Positions 31,660 to 38,180 of a stretch of 38,180 nucleotides of DNA are shown piece after piece. Below the pieces are notes generated by a model, which saw only the letters and a program-made list of their open reading frames with translations, was not told the DNA's origin and ran no database searches. A program made the position numbers and the translations under genes. The stretch is from IMG/VR virus record IMGVR_UViG_3300034170_000034, positions 1 through 38,180 of that record. The stretch is one strand, 5' to 3'. This stretch comes from a virus. Position 1 is the first letter of the stretch; every line of letters begins with the position of its first letter.

Positions 31660-33273
31660 CTAGTAGTCCACTTGAACCTCATGAACGCCCGCATCTGGAC
31701 GCCAATTGTCTCGACGGGTCTCTGTCGGTTTCCCGACTATTCGGCCAATTCGGACTGGGGTTTGGGCGATAGCGCCGGCACCGGAGTCGATGTAGTCGTC
31801 CTCCTGGTTGTTCACTGCCGGGTTGAAGTCGCGCATCTGGTCCCAGATTGTGTTGAGCACATCGACGTGCGCCCACAGGAAGCGGGCCGACAATGGGGAT
31901 TCGAAGGCGTCGAGGATGCGTTTCTGCTTGTTGATAGTGGAGTGCTCTTCCCCTACCCCGCACCCGGTGCCCTTGAGCGCCTGCTTTAGGAGGGTTGGCG
32001 CGAAACCTCCGGGGCCGTTGGTCTCGATGACCACGCGGGGGATCTGATGCTTTACCACCAGCTCTCGGATCTGGTGTACCTGGCCGCCAATGATCTGATC
32101 CTTTGGGCCGAACTCCGCGATTTCCCCGGTCAGGCCCACGGCCAGGTGCCAATAGAGCTGCCCGCGCGCGTCGGTGAGCATGAGCGAGAAGGCCGATGCA
32201 TCCGACTTGATCTTGCCCAGGGAGCAGTCCCAGTACGCTACGGCGCCGACGATCTGCGTCGAGCCAAGGTACATAGCTGCCGCGTCGTTGGCGTAACGCA
32301 TGACCGGCTGCGCGTCGTAGGGAATGATGCGTTCAGGGTCCAAGCGAACCTCCGTGACGGGTTTCGAGTGGAGCTGATACTGCGAATCCCATTCGTTGAT
32401 GGTGCGGGTTTTTTTGCGGCGCTTCTCCAGTTCCAGCAGGTCGAACCGATCCACCCAGGCTATGCCGGCGTAGCAGTCGATCAGCGTACCGGGCGGGGAA
32501 AAGAAGGCGATACCAGTCTTGGTGAGCTGGTAATCCTTGCCCAGCACCAGGGCGCGGGCATGCTTGCCGATTCCGGAGAACACGAATTCAGGAACGAACG
32601 GCACGTCGTAGGCAATGAGCCTGGCATCCTCGATTCGATGCTCGCGGGCGAACATGCGGATGGTCAGGCAGTCGGCTCCCAGGGCTTCCTGCTCGTCGTA
32701 CAGGCTGTCATGGGTGTGCGGCGTGCCAACGAACAGCAGGCGTGCGCCGGGCACCATGATGTGGATCTGCTCGCCCAGGCGGTATCGCAGCTTCTCGCGC
32801 GCCTCGGGCGTGGCGATGTTCTTGGGCACCTCAACGTCATCGTTCTGGCACTCGTCGGCGCGCGAACTAGTGATGTTCGACATGATGCCGGAGGCCTGCA
32901 TGGACGGGTTTCGTTCATCCACGGCGCCAGGTACCCACCAGAACGCGGTGTCACCCTTCATCTTGCGATGGGCATCCATGGTCAGCGGGTGCCGCATCAG
33001 GATCGCCTTGGTGTCCCGGCTGGTCTTGTAGGCCGTGGGGTCGGTGTCACCCTGGTGCAGGATTCGATAAGTCGGGTTCAGGTAGAACCGCCAGGCGTTG
33101 TACAGCGCCAGGATGGTGGACTTGCCGAACCCACGGAAACAGCGAAGCACCGCGTGGTCACCGCGATGCTCAAGCCAGTGGCAGGCCCGGATATGGATGT
33201 CCGGCACCTCCCACTTCATGCGCTTTGCCCATATAAGGAAGAACGCCAGAAACGATATGTACTTAGTGGACAT
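31660..33273 (-). CDS. terL: Terminase large subunit, 537 aa
   Basis: Walker-A-like RGFGKST. The N-terminus (WAKRMKWEVPDIHIRACHWLE) resembles T7-group maturase B. It follows a small-subunit candidate. Confidence 0.8.
   Translation of the reverse strand: MSTKYISFLAFFLIWAKRMKWEVPDIHIRACHWLEHRGDHAVLRCFRGFGKSTILALYNAWRFYLNPTYRILHQGDTDPTAYKTSRDTKAILMRHPLTMDAHRKMKGDTAFWWVPGAVDERNPSMQASGIMSNITSSRADECQNDDVEVPKNIATPEAREKLRYRLGEQIHIMVPGARLLFVGTPHTHDSLYDEQEALGADCLTIRMFAREHRIEDARLIAYDVPFVPEFVFSGIGKHARALVLGKDYQLTKTGIAFFSPPGTLIDCYAGIAWVDRFDLLELEKRRKKTRTINEWDSQYQLHSKPVTEVRLDPERIIPYDAQPVMRYANDAAAMYLGSTQIVGAVAYWDCSLGKIKSDASAFSLMLTDARGQLYWHLAVGLTGEIAEFGPKDQIIGGQVHQIRELVVKHQIPRVVIETNGPGGFAPTLLKQALKGTGCGVGEEHSTINKQKRILDAFESPLSARFLWAHVDVLNTIWDQMRDFNPAVNNQEDDYIDSGAGAIAQTPVRIGRIVGKPTETRRDNWRPDAGVHEVQVDY
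31723..31742 (-). promoter_or_regulatory. Late-operon motif copy 4, inside the terL 3' end
   Basis: Minus strand GAATAGTCGGGAAACCGACA, read in frame as R-I-V-G-K-P-T. Confidence 0.75.
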
Positions 33274-33595
33274 GCACGCCCGCCTGTGCGCGCTCCAGCA
33301 GCGCCACGGCTTCGCGTTCAGCCTGAGCCTGCACCTTGTCTAAATCGTCCTCGGTGCTGTCCTTGGGCAGCGTCCCACCCTGAATGTGGCCGGTGATGCT
33401 GATCACCTTGACCAGCAGCGTCATGGTGGCGGCGGCGTTCTTCTTGCACCAATGCCGGTCACCTCGTTCATCGCGGGTCAATTGGTCCAGCATCTTTCCG
33501 GTGCCGGGCCAGTTTTCTGGGTTCGCCTCATCAAGCACTACGTCGGCCAGGCCTTCGGAGAGGGACTTCAATCGTTCAATCTGGTCTGGTCGCAT
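33263..33595 (-). CDS. terS: Terminase small subunit candidate, 110 aa
   Basis: Only the in-frame tail of ORF 33263..34033, from the ATG at 33595 (ATGA overlap with the 846-aa gene). It overlaps the terL start. The function call rests on position. Confidence 0.5.
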   Translation of the reverse strand: MRPDQIERLKSLSEGLADVVLDEANPENWPGTGKMLDQLTRDERGDRHWCKKNAAATMTLLVKVISITGHIQGGTLPKDSTEDDLDKVQAQAEREAVALLERAQAGVHVH

Positions 33596-36135
33596 CACTT
33601 CGCTCCTACTGCGGCGCCAAGGTTCGGGCCGCGATCTGGTGTCGAGTCGCCCGGTTCCCACCAGTACGACTGCTTGAATTCCTTGTGGGCCCGCTGTTTC
33701 ATCCGGCGCAGGTAGCCCGGCGAGAAGTAATCCTGCAGTTGGTTGAAGATCAGGTGATCGGTAGCGGCCTTGGTGTACCAGAGGTTGGCCCCGGGTAAAT
33801 GGCTCTTGGCCAGGCGCACCAGCTTGCCGCCGGTTTGGTTGACCTCGCCGTCGGCGGCGTTGTCTTTGAGCTTGAAGATCGATTCCAGGTCGCCAGCAAT
33901 CGGCCCGCCAAGCGCCGCCAGCGGGGAGCTGCCGCCCTGCGATGTGTCGGAGAACAGGAAGTCGCCGTATAGCCCAATAGCACCGCCCTTGAGGAACGAG
34001 GCCAAGCCAAAGCGCAGGCCAGGCACACCCCACTTCTTGTCGTCGGTGATGTCCTTTGGATCGCGGCCGGCGGCAATCTCGCCCAACTGAATGGCCATGC
34101 CACCCAGCACAGTGGTGGATGCGACCAGGGCAGCCAGATACCCAGCCTTGCCCCAGCCTTCTTGGGCCATGCCGCGCGCGCCGTGACGCATCATCATGCC
34201 GATGGAGAAGCTCTTGAACTGCCAGAACGAGCGCGTCAACTCGCCCTTCCAGGTTCCACGCTCAATGCCGCCGTGCATCATGGCTTTCTCGCGGGAGCCC
34301 GGCTCAATGATTGCCATATTGGTTTCATCCAGCACGGTGCCAAGCAGCTTGGTAGCGGCCTGATCCTTGAGGCGCTGCGGGGTTGTTTTGAGCTGCTGCG
34401 CCATTGTCACCAGGTCAGCGTCGGGAATACGGTAGATGCTGTTCGCCGTCAGCACAGTGTCGCCCACACCACGCCAATCTTCGGGCTCAGCCATGCGCCA
34501 GACGGACCAGTCCGTGTCTGTGACGCCCTGGCCCGCCAGGCGCTTGGCATCCGCTGGGTCCATGGCCGCGAGGGAATCATGTCGACGGGTCATGTCGCCA
34601 ATGGTGTCCAGCATGGTCGCGCCGAACGCGCGCTGGGAACCGGCGGTCAAGGCATTGAGCCCGGACGCCTGCATGATTTTGCTGGCGGCGGTCTGCGAAA
34701 ACTTGGCGATACGCCCCGCCACCTGCTCATTGGTGCCCAGGCCATCAGCCCCGAACCGGTTCAGGCTGCCGATCAGTTGGTTCAGGCCCAGGCCAGCGCG
34801 CTGAGCAATACGGCGGTCTGCGGCACTGGCCGGGTTGAGCATGCGCAGTTCGTTGGCAAACACCTTCATCACCGGCATACCGTTCATGGATGCGGTGAGG
34901 CCCAGTGTTCCCTGGTCGGTGACCGACGTCAGAACAGCGGAGCCCAGGCGACTGGCGACGTTGAGCGCCCGATAGGTATCAAACCCATTGGCCAGGGCGG
35001 CAGACACCGGCGGTTCACGCGTGCCAGCGACCTCTTCAAACAGGTGCTCAATTTTGCGGCGCTGCTTGGCGGTTTTCACTGCGTCCGTTGGCCGGGCCAT
35101 GTCGGTCGCTTTCTGCCCGGCGTCCATGAAATAGCGCATTTGGTTGCTCGGGTTTGGCCCAAGGGTTTCAACCAGGGCGATGTCCCGCGATGCGCGATCG
35201 ATATGGCCAATCAACAATTCCAGCAGGTTGCGGTCGCCGTAGGCCTTCTGGGCCGCGATGAAGCTCTCTGCGTCCTTGTAGTGGATCTGGCGGGACTCAC
35301 TGCCACGGTTGGCGCGCATGCCGTTGCCGGCGGCCTGGCCTGGCTCCAGCTTGTTCGTTCCGCCGGTGGCCAGGGTGACCCACGCGTGATTGAGGAAGTC
35401 GGTCAACTCCGTGTCATTCATCGGCGTGCCGTCTTCCTTGAGGTACTTGCCACGGTTCGCCCATTGCACGTGATCTGCGACCCACTTGGCCTGATCCTTG
35501 GCCACCTTCACCTGGGAGTGATCGCGCGGCATGGACCAGTCATCCAAGAACCCGACGTCACCACCGGCGCGATTGAATCGCTGGCGCAACTGTTCGGCCG
35601 TGTCCTTGAACTGCTTGGCGGCGGTCTTGGCCACGGCGCTGCCTGAGTCTTCACCGTGCAGCTCGCGCACCAGGGCCAGGTTTCCGGTTTCATCCTGGAA
35701 CAGGCCCATGAACTTACCCTTGGTCTGGTCGATCACGTCCAGCATGCGGCTGATGGAGTCGTCGCGGATCGCCCGGGTGGATGACTCAATCGACAGAATC
35801 CCGCTCTTGCCGTCACTGGAGAACGCCAGCATCCGGTCGAGCCCTTCAAGCGGATGCTCCGGGAAGCGCTTCATGTAGCTGTCGATGCGGTCGTGGGCCA
35901 GGATGGTCAGCGCCACGCGCTTTTTCTTGAGGTCGGCTTCGGCCACCAGATCCTTGGCGGACTTGGCGGCGGCTTCATTCAGTCGGTCGGCAGCGGTCTT
36001 GGATTGCCAGTCGGGATCGGTCTGCGCCAGTTGCTTCATGTTGCGGCGCACGCGGTCCTCGATCCCTTTGATTTCCGGCTGGTTGAGGGTTCGGCCGATA
36101 GCCTGGGTAACGGCCTTGATGCATTCGGGGCGCAT
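33595..36135 (-). CDS. Large internal virion/ejection protein (gp16-region analogue), 846 aa
   Basis: Large virion-block protein with G/A-rich hydrophobic C-terminal segments. No RNAP or transglycosylase motifs were recognised. Confidence 0.5.
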   Translation of the reverse strand: MRPECIKAVTQAIGRTLNQPEIKGIEDRVRRNMKQLAQTDPDWQSKTAADRLNEAAAKSAKDLVAEADLKKKRVALTILAHDRIDSYMKRFPEHPLEGLDRMLAFSSDGKSGILSIESSTRAIRDDSISRMLDVIDQTKGKFMGLFQDETGNLALVRELHGEDSGSAVAKTAAKQFKDTAEQLRQRFNRAGGDVGFLDDWSMPRDHSQVKVAKDQAKWVADHVQWANRGKYLKEDGTPMNDTELTDFLNHAWVTLATGGTNKLEPGQAAGNGMRANRGSESRQIHYKDAESFIAAQKAYGDRNLLELLIGHIDRASRDIALVETLGPNPSNQMRYFMDAGQKATDMARPTDAVKTAKQRRKIEHLFEEVAGTREPPVSAALANGFDTYRALNVASRLGSAVLTSVTDQGTLGLTASMNGMPVMKVFANELRMLNPASAADRRIAQRAGLGLNQLIGSLNRFGADGLGTNEQVAGRIAKFSQTAASKIMQASGLNALTAGSQRAFGATMLDTIGDMTRRHDSLAAMDPADAKRLAGQGVTDTDWSVWRMAEPEDWRGVGDTVLTANSIYRIPDADLVTMAQQLKTTPQRLKDQAATKLLGTVLDETNMAIIEPGSREKAMMHGGIERGTWKGELTRSFWQFKSFSIGMMMRHGARGMAQEGWGKAGYLAALVASTTVLGGMAIQLGEIAAGRDPKDITDDKKWGVPGLRFGLASFLKGGAIGLYGDFLFSDTSQGGSSPLAALGGPIAGDLESIFKLKDNAADGEVNQTGGKLVRLAKSHLPGANLWYTKAATDHLIFNQLQDYFSPGYLRRMKQRAHKEFKQSYWWEPGDSTPDRGPNLGAAVGAK

Positions 36136-36136
36136 G

Positions 36137-36166
36137 GGCTTGCTCCTGGTTGAATGGGAGCAAGCC
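36137..36166 (-). other. Perfect 10-bp hairpin sequestering the SD of the 846-aa gene
   Basis: Minus strand GGCTTGCTCC-cattcaacca-GGAGCAAGCC, then C, then ATG. Confidence 0.6.
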
Positions 36167-36180
36167 TATGGTTCGGTGGC

Positions 36181-36200
36181 AGACGGTTTCCCGACTATTT
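36181..36200 (-). promoter_or_regulatory. Late-operon motif copy 5
   Basis: Minus strand AAATAGTCGGGAAACCGTCT. The upstream TAA stop (36199-36201) overlaps the motif's first two A residues (TAAATAG). Confidence 0.75.
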
Positions 36201-38106
36201 AGAGACCGCGCTGCAGGAAGCAAGCGGCGGCGGCGGCAAAGCCCTTGGCGTCCTGGGTGGCCCGGGCGATATCAGCGTCAGCGCTGGCCAGCAGTTCGCG
36301 CGCCGACACGGTGATGGGGTTGCCGTCGGCATCCATGGCGCCGGTAGCAATGCGCATATCCTCGACGCGGGCCAGGATCTCGTCGGCGACCTGTACCACC
36401 GGATCAGCAGTTCCAGACTCGCCGGCTGGCTTGGCGGCGTCACTTTCAACTGTGGCATTTTTTGCCATAGTTGGTTTACCACCTGGTGGTGATTCCACCT
36501 TGGGCGCGGCTGCATCGGTCTTGGGTATCGCTTTCGGTTCTGGAATATCCAGCGCCTTGGGCTGCAGCGTCGGGTCGGCACGCTCAATATCGTCAAGGAT
36601 GCGGGTGATTTCCTGGCGGGCGATCTGCGCCATGGTCAACTTGGTGTTGGCCTCGGCCACGCCGGATGCCAATGGCTTTTTGTCAAACCCCTTCACGATG
36701 GTGTCGGCGCGCTGGGCAATGCGGTCTTGGAAACGCTGCGGGACTTCGCCACGGTCCAGGGTGTTCAGGTCAGCACGGGCTTGCTCGGCGCTGCGGTTAC
36801 CGCCCAAGGCTTCGTTCAGCGAGGACTGACGGTCGGATAGGTCAAGGCGTTCTGCCTCGATGGCCTGGCGCGCTGATTGTTCTGCCTGCTTACGGCCCTG
36901 GCCCTGCTGCTGGAACTCTTTGGCCCGCGCCTTGAACGAGTCGTCCAGTGCGGCCAGGCTCTGCGCGACGGTCGACAGTTCGGCCTTCACGTCCTTCACG
37001 TTGGGCAAGATGCCGGCGGCTTCCTGCTCCAGCTCGACGCGCAGCTTTGGCTCCAGGTCCTGACGGGCAGTGGCCAGGGCAACGTCCTTGCTCGGTGCCA
37101 TCTTGGGGGATGAGTCAGTTTCGCGCAGGAACTGGGCCGAGTGGATGCTATCTGGCAGCACTACAGGCTCGCCGCGCTGCAACTGATCGATGACGGTACG
37201 GACCGCATCTTGGTGGGCCATGGCTGACTTTGGATCGATGGGCGCCCCGGGTGCGGTTTCCACATCGGCATGCTGGTTGGTGCGCTCAGTCAATGCCGCG
37301 TCGACCTGGGCGGATGTTGGGCGGCGGAAGTTAGCACGCCCGATGCCGAAGAACGCCAGCCCCATGATGGCGTCTGTTGCGAGCGCTGTGCCGTCCATGA
37401 CTTTGTACTGGGCTGCCTGGCTGTGATAGCCATTGCTCTCCAGCAGCGAAGCGGTGGCGCCACGCCCAGCCATTCCCAGGCCAACGTTGGCGCCCACAGC
37501 GATTGAGACGTCACCAAGCAATGGCTTGACGAACTTCGCCGCCGGCAACACGGCGCCAATGCCCATGGTTGCGGCATCGATCAAGCCCTTTTGCGTGGCG
37601 GTGGATTCGTCCAGACCTTCAGCCATGCCTACCTGCTTTCTGGAGAACCCAGCAGGTGCGCCGGCAGCCACGGCAGCACCAGCAGGACCGGCAGCGATTG
37701 CGCCAATGACGGTACGCGGGAGAACTGCCGACGCCTCGCCGAGGATCTGGCCGACCATGCCAACCTCAGACGGATCAGGCCGCAAGCCCATCACAGACTT
37801 AGCGGTAGCCTCGCCGATGTCGCGGGCCTGGGCTTCCCGGAACTGCTGCTGATCAGCAAGCTGGCCGTTATCCGGCGCGTATGAAGAGCCGATAGCCAGG
37901 TCTGATTCAACGGCCAGGCTGCCAAGCTGCAGCGCTGTGGATTGAACAGTGCGCCCGCCCTCGATGGCGCCGCGCAGCAGGTTCGGCCCAATGGTACTGA
38001 GCGCGCCGGTAAACACGCCCGGGGCCAGCTTATCGGCCGTGCGGCCAAGTCGTTGATCCTGGCTGCGCGCCTCGTTGTCCTCGACCATCCCGTCTAGCCA
38101 GCTCAT
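36199..38106 (-). CDS. Internal virion/ejection protein with hydrophobic G/A-rich segments, 635 aa
   Basis: Membrane-like stretches such as IGAIAAGPAGAAVAAGAPAGF, plus a coiled-coil C-terminal half. Its start is coupled to the 672-aa gene across the circular junction. Confidence 0.5.
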   Translation of the reverse strand: MSWLDGMVEDNEARSQDQRLGRTADKLAPGVFTGALSTIGPNLLRGAIEGGRTVQSTALQLGSLAVESDLAIGSSYAPDNGQLADQQQFREAQARDIGEATAKSVMGLRPDPSEVGMVGQILGEASAVLPRTVIGAIAAGPAGAAVAAGAPAGFSRKQVGMAEGLDESTATQKGLIDAATMGIGAVLPAAKFVKPLLGDVSIAVGANVGLGMAGRGATASLLESNGYHSQAAQYKVMDGTALATDAIMGLAFFGIGRANFRRPTSAQVDAALTERTNQHADVETAPGAPIDPKSAMAHQDAVRTVIDQLQRGEPVVLPDSIHSAQFLRETDSSPKMAPSKDVALATARQDLEPKLRVELEQEAAGILPNVKDVKAELSTVAQSLAALDDSFKARAKEFQQQGQGRKQAEQSARQAIEAERLDLSDRQSSLNEALGGNRSAEQARADLNTLDRGEVPQRFQDRIAQRADTIVKGFDKKPLASGVAEANTKLTMAQIARQEITRILDDIERADPTLQPKALDIPEPKAIPKTDAAAPKVESPPGGKPTMAKNATVESDAAKPAGESGTADPVVQVADEILARVEDMRIATGAMDADGNPITVSARELLASADADIARATQDAKGFAAAAACFLQRGL

Positions 38107-38180
38107 TTGACGATCACCATGATGGGTTGTTGGGTATCCGGATCGATCTGTACCCGGCCGGCGTTCAACAGGTAATAGGA
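38054..38180. repeat. Terminal overlap copy 2, identical to 1..127
   Basis: Same 127 nt as the window start. It is most simply an assembler k-mer overlap of a circular or terminally redundant molecule. Confidence 0.95.

Larger units (their letters stand above)
1..38053. mobile_element. Complete circular temperate phage genome: lambdoid regulation/replication arm plus T7-like podovirus virion arm
   Basis: Exact 127-bp end overlap closes the circle. The genome has integrase, excisionase and attP, a CI/Cro/CII switch, a lysis cassette and a full head-tail-terminase set. Confidence 0.85.

Noticed and set aside
29391-31694. A diversity-generating retroelement near the tail fibre, as in BPP-1-like podoviruses
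   Set aside because: I found no reverse-transcriptase ORF in any frame and no template/variable repeat pair at the 3' end of the fibre gene.
33596-34033. N-terminal 146 aa of ORF 33263..34033
   Set aside because: It overlaps the 846-aa gene out of frame and is R/P/G-rich. Only the part from the ATG at 33595, which has an ATGA overlap, is kept as the TerS candidate.
33595-36135. The 846-aa protein as a T7-size single-subunit RNA polymerase that could read the repeated motif
   Set aside because: Its size is similar to that of T7 RNAP, but I see none of the polymerase motifs (a DGSCSG-like motif A, an R..K...YG motif B, or HDS). It has hydrophobic G/A-rich C-terminal segments typical of ejection proteins.

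Overview
The window is a complete, circularly closed genome of about 38.05 kb from a temperate podovirus-like phage. Bases 1-127 are repeated exactly at 38054-38180, so the two ends join, and the virion gene 36199..38106 starts on an ATGA overlap with the stop of 50..2068 across that junction. The sequence is GC-rich with strong GC3 codon bias, which suggests a Pseudomonas-like host; that is inference only.

The genome has two arms.

(1) Minus strand, 16598 down through 1, wrapping to 29391:
- A lambdoid early-right operon: cro, a clear lambda CII homologue, a DUF1376 O-like protein, a clear lambda P homologue, NinB, NinG/Rap and three unknowns.
- An intrinsic terminator, then a lysis cassette: two holin-like proteins, an endolysin, and Rz with embedded Rz1.
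- A T7-like virion module: portal, scaffold, capsid, tail tubular A and B, internal virion proteins, TerS, TerL and a gp17-like tail fibre.

(2) Plus strand, 16698 to 28052:
- A CI (S24) repressor, a secreted moron and a terminator.
- A textbook operator-covered promoter.
- About 30 small early genes, including a Rad52-like annealing protein, Gp157, two DUF551 proteins, a Lar-like anti-restriction protein and DUF1281.
- An excisionase, convergent with a tyrosine integrase.
- An attP carrying the 3' 49 nt of a tRNA-Cys(GCA)-like sequence.

No phage RNA polymerase, reverse transcriptase, CRISPR array or complete tRNA was seen.

The most interesting unexplained signals:
- A 20-nt motif, minus-strand reading (A/G)AATAGTCGGGANNCCGNC, containing a 5-bp stem with a 4-nt loop. 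It occurs five times, always in the same orientation, at gene boundaries of the late operon. The first copy sits immediately upstream of the terminator that precedes the lysis genes.
- Two paralogous structured elements of about 120-140 nt with 20-bp closing stems, one carrying a tRNA-like T-arm. They lie in a coding-poor leader of about 1.3 kb downstream of the early-left promoter, together with a strongly SD-preceded 30-aa hydrophobic peptide.

All product calls rest on remembered family motifs, gene order and coupling signals. No database search was run.
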